From positions 5,642,001-5,706,000 of the forward strand of contig OU015569.1 in assembly GCA_907165135.1 (NCBI GenBank): DNA of 64,000 bases, given 5' to 3'. Shown piece after piece: positions 1 to 18,499 of the stretch. The DNA is from Oikopleura dioica (Eukaryota; Animalia; Chordata). The position numbers and the translations under genes are program-made. Below the pieces are notes generated by a model that ran no database searches, was not told the DNA's origin, and saw nothing but the letters and a program-made list of their open reading frames with translations. The first letter of the stretch is position 1. Every line of letters starts with the position of its first letter.

Positions 1-1
1 A

Positions 2-1570
2 CCAGATGAAGAAGAAATCATGCAAAGAAATACTGGTTTTGTTCCACCAGCACAAGATAATCCTTCTATTAGACAGGAATTCCTCGTCGCTGGATTCCGA
101 GTTGGGCACTCTACTGTACCCGAACAACTTCTTAGCGCCAACAGAAATTTGCAGGTTCAAGATCGACGAGATCTCAAGGACAATTATTTCGACCCCGATA
201 TGTCTATCGAGCATGGACCCGCTGGTTGCATTCGTGGTGCGATGGCTGGAGACTCCAACCGAGTTTCCGGATCATACGCTCAGGCAACGATGAGTCACCT
301 CTTCAAGCCAAACAACTTCAGGCATGGAACTGATCTTGGATCCATCAACATTGCCGTTAGAAATTAAATAAATAAATTTTGTCTTATCTAATATTCTAGC
401 GAGGCCGTGAACACGGCGTTGGTAGCTATGAAGCTGTCAAACGATTTTGCATGGGTCACGAAAGCTTCAGACGCCTATACAATGGCAACAACCCTGCCAT
501 GATCAATGTAAGTGAACTTAGATTGATAAATAGGAAAAAACGTTTATAGGGCTGGAACAACATCCTTCGATTATACGATGACCCCGAGGATGTGGATTTG
601 TACGTTGGAATCCTAAACGAGCAGAAGATGCCCGGCGCTGAAATCGGCCCCACAGCTGGGTGCATTGTTCTTGAGCAGTTCATTGCCCTGAAACGAGGCG
701 ATCGATTCTGGCATGAAAATGCCGGGGTGTTCACTGATGCTCAGTTGGCCGAGATTAAGTCCACCACGCTCGCCAAGGTTATTTGCGAGACCATGGAGGA
801 TATGGAGAGAACAAATAAAAATGTCTTTCTCCGCGCCAACATTCGATTCCAAGGCCAGACAAACAATATTGTGACCTGCGCCAATGTCGGCAAACTCGAC
901 TTCCGAAGCTGGAGAGTTGAAGAAACTCAGGGACCCAATGATCAGCCAGATCCAGAGACAGCAACTTCAGCGCCACAGACCCAAACAGCGGACCGTGTCG
1001 AATTCGGTTGCAAATTGGTATTTACTTATCGTGATTTTCAACCCTGATTTCAACAACATTAGGTAAATGGCCGGCGACACGGTCTTATTGAATGTGGCCG
1101 AGCTGGCGACTGGACTGATGCTACTCTCGATGATTTAGTCGAACACGTCAAAAGAAGAGGAGGAATCCCAATCCAAGGAAAGCGACAACAAATGGTCAAC
1201 TTGGCTTTGAAGGCTGTCCGACGTATTTCAATCGCAGGAAACAGCCAGGTGAAGAGAACATTTTGAGTTCTTGAATTAATGCTTTGTATTAAGGTTACGA
1301 GTTCCGACAAATTAAAAGGAGTGATCTCACAATTCAACAATCTTCTCGAATTGGACATTTCAGGAACTGGAATTTCGGTGAGAACTCATTCGAATCATCT
1401 GCGTAAATCTTTGTTTCATTTAGTCATTTACAACAGAGACCATCAGCAACAACAATGTGCTCGGAAATGTGAACTTGGAAGGGACTAACGTCAACAACAT
1501 TGATATGGATCTTTTCATGAAGCTGAGAGAGAACCTTGCTCGAGGAAACAAATTCATCTTCTTCGGCTAA
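2..1570 (+). CDS. Animal heme peroxidase (MPO/TPO/peroxinectin-like), 5'-truncated by the window, with a C-terminal LRR-like extension
   Basis: Hand-spliced exons <2-355, 400-507, 550-1017, 1063-1248, 1294-1377, 1424-1570, joined by GT-AG introns of 42-46 nt in matching phase. Motifs EFLVAGFRVGHS (proximal His), DLGSINIARGREHG, DVDLYVG, EQFIALKRGDRFWHEN, QLAEIKSTTLAKVICE. Confidence 0.92.
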
Positions 1571-1758
1571 ACTCGAAAAACTGGTGACCCTTATTGACTC
1601 TTGAGTCTGCAAATAAAATGAGGAAGCAATAAAATTCATATTTTCTAAAAAAGAGCGCCATTTAAATCATTACTATATTGCCAAAATAATACATTTCTTT
1701 TATTTAGACTACAATGTAGTGTTTATTTAGATTTATTTCGGCAGTGAGTGTTTTAGTT

Positions 1759-1774
1759 TATATATATATATATA
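1759..1774. repeat. (TA)8 microsatellite between the convergent peroxidase and adenylyl cyclase 3' ends
   Basis: Direct reading: tatatatatatatata. Confidence 0.8.
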
Positions 1775-1987
1775 TTGCTTCGAATTCGAGCATTTTTTCA
1801 GCCACGCGATGAGGAAACGTTTTCTGGAAGGTGATTGAAGAACCTCGTTTTTTCATATTTATACATTTTTCTTCGCCACGTGATTTGATGATTGGAATTG
1901 AATAGATAGGTTAGTCGTGAGTCTCAAAAGAAAATTCCGAACTCCAAGGCGCATGATAATTATAGGGTCGTTAGAAGGTGAAGAAAC

Positions 1988-8708
<6,721 letters not shown>

Positions 8709-9399
8709 CTAGTTCAACGATGAAATAGTGGGTACTGAAGTCGAACTGGCAGCATTTTGCCCTCTTCATGGGTATTTATGGACACTGTATGAATTTGGAT
8801 AATTGTGCATTCTCACAAGAAAAAACTGTGAGAAAAAAAGAAGTGGGAGGGAGCTGATAGCTTTTCTCAATCAAAGTCTGCTCCCTATCGCACACAAATG
8901 AATTTCCCCCAGACAGTGTGAGTAAACGGCTAATTAGAAAAAAAAACCTTTATAGAATACAAGGATATATGAAATAAGAGGCCCTACAGAGATAAATTCG
9001 AATGATCAATTGCCTATAATTAATGGCTTATCATACAGATGAGTCGTAAATCAAACTCGGAAAGAATTAATTGAACCACAAATTAAACCGCTCAAAGTCA
9101 ACGTATAGGCTGCCGACTTAAAATTACCAAGATATAGATAGAAATATTTAAACTCCCAAAAAAGTTCGGAAAGTAAGTTCCACCGTCACCTGAGCCCCGC
9201 CATCATATCGCACCGCCTTGTAATTTGTCATCTTCGTCGAGTTTTCTTTCATCTCGTTTTGCCGTAGGTCACCGCTTTGCTTTCTCTCCTTGCCACTTTT
9301 CTCTTCTCCACATTATTACCATCACAGTGCCCTGCGTGTGTCTCGCATCTCCGCATAGTTCCTTTTCTCTCTCTTCTACTCTCTTTTGCCAGTTTTTTT

Positions 9400-9800
9400 T
9401 TTATTATTCTTCTCCAGGGGCGGTGGAGGAGCAGACGAGAGTCGAGATGCGCGAGTCTTTCTCTCTCTCTCTGACTCGCTCACTCGCTCTCAATGAGCGC
9501 GCACCGGGTGAGGAGTAGAGTGTGAGAGGCCACTGATTTTTTTCTTCGCTGATCGAAACTGAGAAAGGGAAGGACGGAGAAAGAGCGAGAGAGAGAGAGG
9601 AGAATAGGAGACGGGCTCGGGCAGCGTGAGTGGTGCGGCGCTGGGGGAGTGCGCGCCACGAGGGGCCGCCGCCCGCCCCGCTCAGCCCAGTGTCGATTCT
9701 TTCAACGAACTTTCGAATGGATGGAACGGACAAAACGAAAAAAGACACAATGCTTGCCGTGGTCACCCTAGCGCGCTGCGCCGGCGAACAATGCGATGTA
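9400..9800. promoter_or_regulatory. GC-rich, GA-repeat-rich promoter-like island upstream of adenylyl cyclase exon 8554-8708
   Basis: (GA/TC)n tracts at about 9450-9475 and 9580-9600 and GC-box-like ccgcccgccccg at about 9668; no credible ORF. Function is inferred. Confidence 0.3.
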
Positions 9801-11060
9801 TCGACGGGCAAAATGAGCAATCTACATAAAGAAAGCAGCTACAAACTGTATAACTTATCCTATCCACTGTAATAAATAAAATAACTAGAAATGTATAAAA
9901 ATGGAAAAAGGCGAACTAGTAACATTTGTGAATCAATATCGCAGGATTTTTTATGAAACAGACTACAAACTCTAATTTGTCTAAAAAAATACAATAGTTT
10001 TCCATCATTTCACCTCTCCTCTAGTAACACCCATGTTCCCCGATTTTTAGTAATAATTAAGAGATTCGCTCTTTGTCCCTGCCGATTGACGGATGATTGC
10101 GTATGAGTGTTTGAAAGGCGTCTGCTCCTGTCAACTGCGAGAATAAATGATGCATGCGGCTATCGTTATAAATACGAGTGTTTATATCGTCGTTTACTCG
10201 ATGCGGCTTCACTCACCATCTGTCCATTGTCGACGGTATCTGAATGCACGATGTTAGCAACAGTTTTCTCACAGGCATATTTGAAAGTAAATAAATTTCG
10301 AGCCCGAGAATAAAATTCAATAGTAAGCTGGGTTATGGAAAAATCGATCGAGCATCTATTTCTAACGTGTACTCACTAGAAAAATTCTAGGGAGAAGGGA
10401 TGAGCATGGCGATGTGTGCTCTCACCTGCTCTGGGAAGTTGGTTCTTGATCCTCTGACTTATTTCGATCCCTCTCTATGGCCCAAGGAGTACCGGCGACT
10501 ATTTACAAAACCCCCAGCGCACCGAAAAATCGATCCGTAACTCAACAAGACGGATTTTACGAAGCACTTTCTGATAAGAAAACATCCTGCCGATCAATTG
10601 AGATATTGACTGATCAGATTGAAATTTCCGTTAATTATTTTCCTCCCAATATATTTTTATTCCAAATTTAATACTATCAAAGTGAAAATGAGTGTTCATT
10701 CCGCCACTCGATAGGCGCCATAATTTCAAGTAATGATCTGACTTTTATCGATTGATTTAGGTATAGTTAAAGTATAGTGAAAGTTTCGCCGTGAAATCAA
10801 GGAAGAGTGACGCCCGATCGCGTCATAATATATTCAAACTTTGTCTGCTGAGAAATTACTCAATATCGACAAAGAATTAGTCAATATTTGTCCTAGCTGA
10901 GTGCAACTGTAAATTTGATGGATAGAAATGTCAAATGTTTGCATTCGAAAATGTGTTAATCTTCTTGAGACTGACATTTACATATGTTAAACGCGACAGA
11001 TTCTAGCGCCTGTTGCGCGCTCTATTGATCAGTATACACGGGTCAAGCTTGAGTACTGAC

Positions 11061-11467
11061 CTTTGAGTCGACATTGCTCCCTTCCGAGTTGATACGCGTT
11101 GAGGCCCGCGGGCGCCGTTGTCGCCAGTTTCGAAGAGTGTCGTTCCGGATGAGCAGAGGCACCGCCTGTTCCTATTTTTCAGGGTAACCATTGGAGAATA
11201 TAAGTTATTTTCATGAGCAATATCCTTATTGAGTACGTAATCTACAATTCTCTAATATCATCAGCAATAATCAGCACTAGACTGGAAGCAAAAAACGCTA
11301 GCATCAAAATTTTGACATTATGGGTAACCCCTATTCTGTCCAGATAGTTTTCCACTGTGCGTCGAAGAGTTGGCATCGAAGGCGACCCCATTGCTGGTGG
11401 TTCTTATACGAGGTCTCTTGGAGATGATATCGCCAAAGTACTCTCGTCCGTTTCTGTCCTCTGACAT
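11061..11467 (-). CDS. Candidate further 5' exons of the adenylyl cyclase (MSEDRNGREYFG...; 105-nt exon 11061-11165)
   Basis: ATG at 11467 opens a frame ending near a possible donor; 11061-11165 is an open exon flanked by cAG and GTcagt. Phase joining to the 8708 exon is unresolved. Confidence 0.3.
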
Positions 11468-13769
11468 AATTAAAAAGTTACTATTCAAATTGGAACGCAA
11501 AAAATAGGCTTTCAAAAAAGTCCAGCGCCGCGAGCGAATTTCGCCATACTATACTCTGGCGCAAAAAAAAATGTTGAGCTATCGCCAAAATTTTGCGCCT
11601 GCTGTCGGTCGAGCTTAAACTTTAACCAGGGGCAACAGGAGGACACTGTAAGAGCGACCGAAGCACTTTGGAACTGAAATAGTACTTTTGTGAATAAGTG
11701 TGAGAAAAGGGCGATTGACGGCTCCATAAGATAAGCGATTCGATCTGTAAACAAATTTGATAGTTATTGGCAATAGTCGGAAACAACGGACGGCACTTAT
11801 TTGATGAGGTGACAGGCAGACTAAGATATAGGGCGATTCTATGGACCATTCCTTGTATTGCGCGGAAACCGGCCAGTTCGAGGCATATCTCCTCATTATC
11901 TTTCTTTCATTTCACAGTCTGAATTCAAGTTAAAATAGATACGCGTCCTTTCATAAGTGCGCTTTGTGCAGAAGAAAATTCCGGAATTCTCTTTTTCTCT
12001 AAGCCGGAGTGAATAAAATCTTCGTTCAAATAGAATAAGAACATGAACTGGGACTGGGATGTGGAGCGAGTTATTAGTGATGCCTGCATCGTCTCATTTT
12101 CAGAAACAATCTTGGCGTTTTCGCGATATTCTCATTCATAGCAAGAATAATTTATGAGTGTATTAATTTTACCAATATTGTATTGAGTTAATTTCGTTTT
12201 ATTAAAATATCCAAGGCCATGTCAGATAAAAGAACAGCATTTAACCGTAGAAATAATTGATTCTTTCATAAAACTAGCAATAATGAGTATCCTTGTAACG
12301 ATAGTAAAAGTTGAAAAAAGGAAACTCATTTTTGGAATTTCTTGCGATCTATTATTTATACATTTCCGATTGACCTTTTGCTGCGGATCCCGATTCTTCT
12401 ACCACCTTTCTCACTCTCAGTCGCGTAGTCTGCATTTTTATCGAGTTATTTTAGCAATTAATCCGAACAACAATCGCACTATTTTTGCCGGTTTTCTGCA
12501 TTTTCCTGCGTTTTTTCTCTGATTTGAGAATCAAGTCAATATTTGACTTGGCCGAGAGATCTGACTCAATGGAGCTGGAAATCAAGCAGCTTAGCATTCT
12601 GACTTTTTATTCTCGACTTTGCCACTAACGCGCTGGTTTAAATTAAATAAACTTTATTTTTTCAAAGCGGTATTAAAACTCATGTGGTAGTGTTATCAAA
12701 TTTGAAAGCATAGAAATTCAGCGTTTTGTGAAGCAAAAAAGTTTCCATTTTATTCGTCGATTATTTTACCTTTTCGCGATTATGAAGTCTTCTTTTTATC
12801 CTCTCTTTATTATCTTGAAATATCTAAACAACAAACTAAATAAAATTATTGCTACTGTTACTGTTCGTGCCGTTTTTGATGAATTTAAAATAATTGGTAA
12901 TCGATAATTGCGCATTTAAAATAGTGATGATATTGGCAAAAACAAATAATCGCGAAGTTTGCGTCGCAGGTCCTTGGGGATCATCCGGTCCCAAAGCGTC
13001 TCGCCGTTTCTTACTCCTTTTTAGTAAATTGACAGTAAGCTAGGTCACAAACCGATTTGTGGCTAACAATCGTGAAAATGAGTCTGTATATAAGAACCAA
13101 AGCAAGCTTCGAAGATATTGATGCTGTCTTCCTTGATTTCAAAGAAATCTCTCGGCTTTTCAGCTAACATAATAAAATTGGTCTGAAATGAACAACTCTT
13201 TTTACTAGTATGCATACGATGTCAGCATTAGCGAGTTGAGGCCTGATGTATTATTAAACTTCTCGACAGCTTGCTCAATATGAGTGAATTATGCTGTCTC
13301 GCTTGCCTGTTTTCCCCGACCTATAATTACAACTTGCGACACTATAAAAGCCTGTTTTCAATTTTCAAAATATATGCTCCTGAATATGGAACGATATAAC
13401 CATATTCACCATGCCCAAAGTGATTACCTAGAAAACCTACTGTCTTATCATATATTTTCCTTCGTCTTACTGTGCAACTGGCGGCCTCTTTCGTCCAGCA
13501 TTAAATCCACGCCAAATCGGGGGCTCAATAAGCTGAAACAGAACAGATCTGAACGGTCTTTTGATTAGTTAAATTGAAAACTAAGAATCAAGATTTTGAT
13601 ACTGATCGGCGGTAGATTCAAGCACTCACATTGTGCACTCCCACCAAGACTACGCGCCTTCTTGCGCCATCTACGGTTTTTGACTGCCTTTATAACAAAA
13701 CGATCTTGGGAGGGAATCAGAACAAAAAATAAAATCAATCAAAAATCAACAAAGCAAAAAACAAAAAAC

Positions 13770-14576
13770 ATGAGTTCCAGAGAAACAAGCTACATTGCCG
13801 TCTACGCTGATGACTCGACATTATTAGCCCTCAACAACACTCCGCCGGGAAACCAGTACACCCCTTCATTCATGGTCCCCGGGCCTAATTTTTTACAAGA
13901 CAGTTTTGACGAAACCATCATCTCCGTTCCCGACACTACGACCGACTATTCAACAGCGGATACTGACCGAAGTACATTTGGAACTCGCTCAGTGACAGAA
14001 TCTGAGAACTCACGAGCTGACAGTACACCTTTTCCCGAAGGACCGAACACGACTCCTGTAGATGTTCCAGATGTCTCCACGATTCCACCTCCTTCACTTG
14101 TGGACAACGACACTTCACGAAACGAGCACAGTGATGTCTCTTCTCCAACCGGATTCACGCTTCCGCCTATCAATGAAGAAGATTCTATTGAAGATGCTAC
14201 CTCCATTCATCATACTATGTCCGTCATCCCGCCCATCTCTGTCATCCCATCAGTGCAAATGATCTGGGACAAGACCATGTCCGTGCTACCTGCTCCACAA
14301 AATCAGCGCCGTCCTCGAGTCCCTCGACGCAACAACACCGCAGGAGTCCAACAGCAGTCCAACTCTCGAAGATTTTACGCATTTCTTCTTTTCCTGATCT
14401 TCGTTCTTCTCACAAGCGCTTTGGCTTTTCTCATCATACGAGTGACCGCCCTTCAGATGGAAAACGCATCCTTGGCAAAATCGCTCAAGTACAAGAAAGA
14501 TCGAAATTCTGAACTCGCTGACGAGCTCCGCGATCTACGCGACAAACAGCAACATCACGAAGAAACTTTTCATTAA
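13770..14576 (+). CDS. Intronless orphan type II membrane protein (268 aa): S/T/P-rich N-terminus, one TM, C-terminal coiled coil
   Basis: ATG after an A-rich leader; long open frame; TM FYAFLLFLIFVLLTSALAFLII after basic RRPR..RR; coiled-coil LQMENASLAKSL...ELRDLRD; AATAAA at about 14652. Confidence 0.75.
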   Translation: MSSRETSYIAVYADDSTLLALNNTPPGNQYTPSFMVPGPNFLQDSFDETIISVPDTTTDYSTADTDRSTFGTRSVTESENSRADSTPFPEGPNTTPVDVPDVSTIPPPSLVDNDTSRNEHSDVSSPTGFTLPPINEEDSIEDATSIHHTMSVIPPISVIPSVQMIWDKTMSVLPAPQNQRRPRVPRRNNTAGVQQQSNSRRFYAFLLFLIFVLLTSALAFLIIRVTALQMENASLAKSLKYKKDRNSELADELRDLRDKQQHHEETFH

Positions 14577-14739
14577 TCACCATTTTCTATTATCTGATCC
14601 CTTTTTCGTTTATATTCTGCAAAGTATTTTACCTGTCGCCCCAATTCATCAAATAAAACATAAAACCCAATTTAGAGTTGTTTATTGTACAATTGTGTTT
14701 GTCTTGCATGGAATCAAGGAAGAGAATATAAATAACTTA

Positions 14740-14934
14740 CTAGAACCAAGTTCCCAGGTTTTCGATTCCTTGGTCCACTTTTATCTCGGTAGCTGAACAG
14801 ATGCTCATTGTATCCTGAGCATTCCCTTTTTTTTCGGCGCTCGGTTGGAACTTAGATAAGGATAAGTAAATTGTTGTTAGCAGAACGAAATTGACAATGA
14901 AGAAAAAAATGGAAAACCACTCTAGTGTCATCAT
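14740..14934 (-). CDS. Possible 64-aa single-TM microprotein
   Basis: MMTLEWFSIFFFIVNFVLLTTIYLSLSK...; minus-strand AATAAA at about 14681-14686. A short hydrophobic ORF can arise by chance in AT-rich DNA. Confidence 0.3.
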   Translation of the reverse strand: MMTLEWFSIFFFIVNFVLLTTIYLSLSKFQPSAEKKGNAQDTMSICSATEIKVDQGIENLGTWF

Positions 14935-15188
14935 GGCAATGTTGTATTCCGATAGGCTATGCAAGTCGTAATAAATATTCAAAGAAGCGCAACAAATCGA
15001 AACTAAAGCACGATTAAAAGTTACAAAAGAGGATATTGCTTACGAATTAGAACAGGGAGCCAGACAATCAGAGTCCAATAAGTGCACTCTGTCCGGAATT
15101 TCGTTACGCTAGCGTTGCCACCTTTTTCTTGTGAGATAATTATAGCATGAGCTTTTTGGCTTGGCTATTTTAATACGACAAGTTTACC

Positions 15189-15514
15189 GGGCTACCCCAA
15201 ATTTCTGGAGTTTGAAAAATTTGGAGTTCTTTTTCTGGAAGTTGTTAAAAATTTCGTAGGTTCTGTTTGGAGCAACGAAATTTCTAATCGATTTTTAAGG
15301 GTGTTAAGGGCCTCCCGGCCCCTCCAAACCCCGGCAAAAATGTGGGTCCGGGCCCGTTCTTTCTTTTGCCGGGGTCAGATACCCTTAATTATTACTCTAA
15401 CACCCTTAAAAATCGATTTGAAATTTCGTTGCTCCAAACAGAACCTACGAAATTTTTAACAACTTCCAGAAAAAAAACTCCAAATTTTTCAAACTCCAGA
15501 AAATAGTAGCAGCC
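15189..15514. mobile_element. 326-bp MITE with about 110-bp TIRs and 9-bp TSD (Mutator-like)
   Basis: TSD aagtttacc at 15180-15188 and 15515-15523; near-perfect inverted repeat tttctggagtttgaaaaatttggag...aagggtgtta versus its complement; the terminal about 13 bp are only partly complementary. Confidence 0.85.
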
Positions 15515-16561
15515 AAGTTTACCTTAAAAATTTATTTTTATTTTTCAAATAAAGCCTCTCCTAATGCCACAATAGAAATGATATTATCTACATTAGTCCG
15601 TACTGTCCTGGGATCCTCCCAATACAGAATCTCTCTGCATATTCCAAAAACCAATTGAAAAATGAGAGAAAGCGTCAAAATAAATCCTCTTCAAAGTATT
15701 TCGAAAGGAAAATCGTCACTACTCTAAGACTAGTAGTGCAAATGAAATACTTTCCTAAGACGTAGCGATCTCCATTTTTTCTCTCGTTCCATTCAAGTGC
15801 GAATTTCGCTCTGCGAGTAGTAAAGTCTTTTCACAGCGTTTTTCTTCAGCCACAAAAGAAACTGTTCTCTTTCATGCAAACATTCAAATGACTCAAAATC
15901 ATATTTTAATAAATGGCTCTATTTAAAGACAGAAGAGAGTCTTTACAAATGCGGCCAGCGTAGAAACGTCTGATGAACTAACAACAAAGTCCTATGCAAT
16001 GACTCATTCTAGTTTTTGTAGGATTTTCTGGGCTTGATGTCTAGTATTTGACTGTATCAATGTTTGTATTCATTATCATCAGCGATTGTTCTACAATTAT
16101 CCCCACAATTGTTTGTTTCAAGTCTTATCTGTAGTATCCTGCTCTGAAAGTTTTATTAGACCGCGTTATTAAACGACTTTGCTATTGATCCGGTACGGAT
16201 TCTTGGGTCGATTAAAAGGATGAATAAAGTTATCATGATTTTTATAAAAAATTTCGAGGAGAGACAAGTTTGGCGTTAGAGGCAGCGCCATCTATGGAAA
16301 CCCGGGGGCGCCCTGGCGCACCGCGCCTGCGCCAGGTGCAATTTCCTCGGACTTCCTAAAATCTACAGATAGCTCTATCGATAAACCAGATTCCAACCTC
16401 GGAGCTGATCTAGTTGTATTAATAAATCAGCTTAATTGAGCAAGAACACGACGAGATTGCCTTCGTGCGCCCTTCCAGAGCATTTTAGATAGAGATTCAC
16501 AGAGATACACGAACAAGCTGCATCAACTGACAAATCTACCAGAGAAGTGTTCGAGAGATTA

Positions 16562-16682
16562 ATGTCGCTGGACCACAGAGTCCCACAAGAGAGCACGTTT
16601 CCCTTGTTACAGAATCCATCTGGCATCATTGCGGACCCACTCAAACCCAAAATTGCCTCCCAGAAAAACATTCCAATCAACG
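16562..16682 (+). CDS. Candidate first coding exon of the PEA3 gene
   Basis: MSLDHRVPQESTF resembles the PEA3 N-terminal LDQQVPY motif; ends at a strong G|gtaaga donor in phase 1, matching the phase-1 acceptor at 24783. Confidence 0.5.
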
Positions 16683-18499
16683 GTAAGACTTCCTTTATAT
16701 CAATATTTTAAAATCTTGTCGGTTCCTTTGCACTCATGAATGCATGATTATTTGGACATTTTACCATTGACAAAGTATAATTTTGCGATAAAATCTTATT
16801 TCCGGATGAGCTGCGCTTTCAGTAAAAACATTCGGGCGAGTCCGTTTTTCTAGTGGCGGAGAGTCAGTTACTTGGTAGTCACACTTGCCAATCTTACTTT
16901 CCGTATTGATTGAGCAAATTTGACTCTGCTGACTTGTTGTGGTTTTGTTGGGTTGCCCCTCTTTGCGCCCAACAAATACAAACAGTTGTTGTGACGGCGA
17001 AAACACAAATTTGGAGCCAGATCAGAGTGCATCACCGAACAGGCGCACGCCTCGGGCCTGTTTGCCGATTCGCCGAAAAACATTTTTATAGGCCAAAACT
17101 GTAACTACAAGTGTATTTGCCAGCGCTAGACACTTGAAAAGATAGTGAAGGTATACTCACTCGCCCGAGAGCATGTCACGCCGCTTTGCGGAAGAATAGT
17201 TTTGTTTGATTCCATCGAATGTATTCCCTTCGTTTTCTTTCATTGTCATTTTCGTAAAAAGTATTCGGCCGAGAGACTCTGTTTTCAAAAGAACCTCGCC
17301 CTGTTACAAATAGCACTCGCGGGATAGGTATGCAATCTTTTGTTAACTTCAAACATCAACAACAAACCTTCACTTTTGGGCCCATAAGGTGGCAACGAAA
17401 GTTTAATCCTAGAGTTGATTCGGTAATACACAGTCTTTACTGTAGTTTAGTAAGATTGCGATGTATCTAGTGCGAAAAAATGCATGATTTCTTCTGGTGG
17501 CATTATGAAGCAGTTTAACTGGGTTTTTCTCGCTCCCAGAGCGTCACTGTACGCCCGTATTCCTGGCGAGCATTTGTAGCGCTTATGGATCCGGGTGTAA
17601 ATGGTGAAAAAATCTGCGACCGGGAGTGGTTGGCTAGTGGCACTAGCGCTGTTTGATTTTTATGCTACCGGAAATGTAAAATTCCGTCGCAAAATGGCAT
17701 CTCTTCTGCCCAAAAGGTTTTTACGGGTTCGTCGAGAAACTTTACTAGCTGTGAAGAAATTTGACGTAGGAGTACCACATCATCATTCATCGATTAGAAA
17801 TAAACATATAAATATGAGAGAACACGACTAACAATGCCAAAGAAAAAACGCATCCCCCGCAAAGGTACATTTGTAGTTTAAGATGAGAGAAATCACCGTT
17901 TGCGATTTTTCTCCTACACATAGATCTTTTTATTGCTATGCTCTCTACTTCTAAGACTTATTCATTAGCCACAGCATGAATTGTGTCCTCTATCAAGCAC
18001 GTATGAGTCGGCCCATCAGTCTAATGGCTCTTCTGTTACGTTATTTTCGGCCGGAAGAGTGCTAGGCTCAAAGTTTGCCACTTTGCCCAAGTGCTCAGAT
18101 TAGAATTGAAGGGCGCGTGCGGCGGTAAATCCGCCCCGCGCATCCGACTCCTCCAAACATCCCAATCCTTTCTCCACGGAATTCAAAATATTCCCGCCGG
18201 CTGTTCCTCAAACAGGATCTCTCTCAATAAGACGCTGCTTAGTGTTGGCGTCATGGCTGTTTATATTCCTTTACGAAACGAAAAAAAAATATTTTTTATT
18301 CATTCTTTTTGAATCAAGGTGAACCAAGAAACCTGGTTTAAATTGAGTTTTGTACACTGTTTGTAAAATACGAATGGAAAGTATTTTCGTTATATAAAAC
18401 TGTGTGTCCGATTTTGATAATCTGAGATAACAAGAACGAGTGGTGGAATGTTCACCGATCGGAAATAGGCGATCCGGGCAAAGTGTCTTGTCTCGTCTG

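Noticed and set aside
13788-13830. YIAVYADDSTLL resembles the non-LTR reverse transcriptase YADD motif
   Set aside because: It sits at the very N-terminus of a disordered S/T/P protein, with no other RT motifs, endonuclease or poly-A tail.
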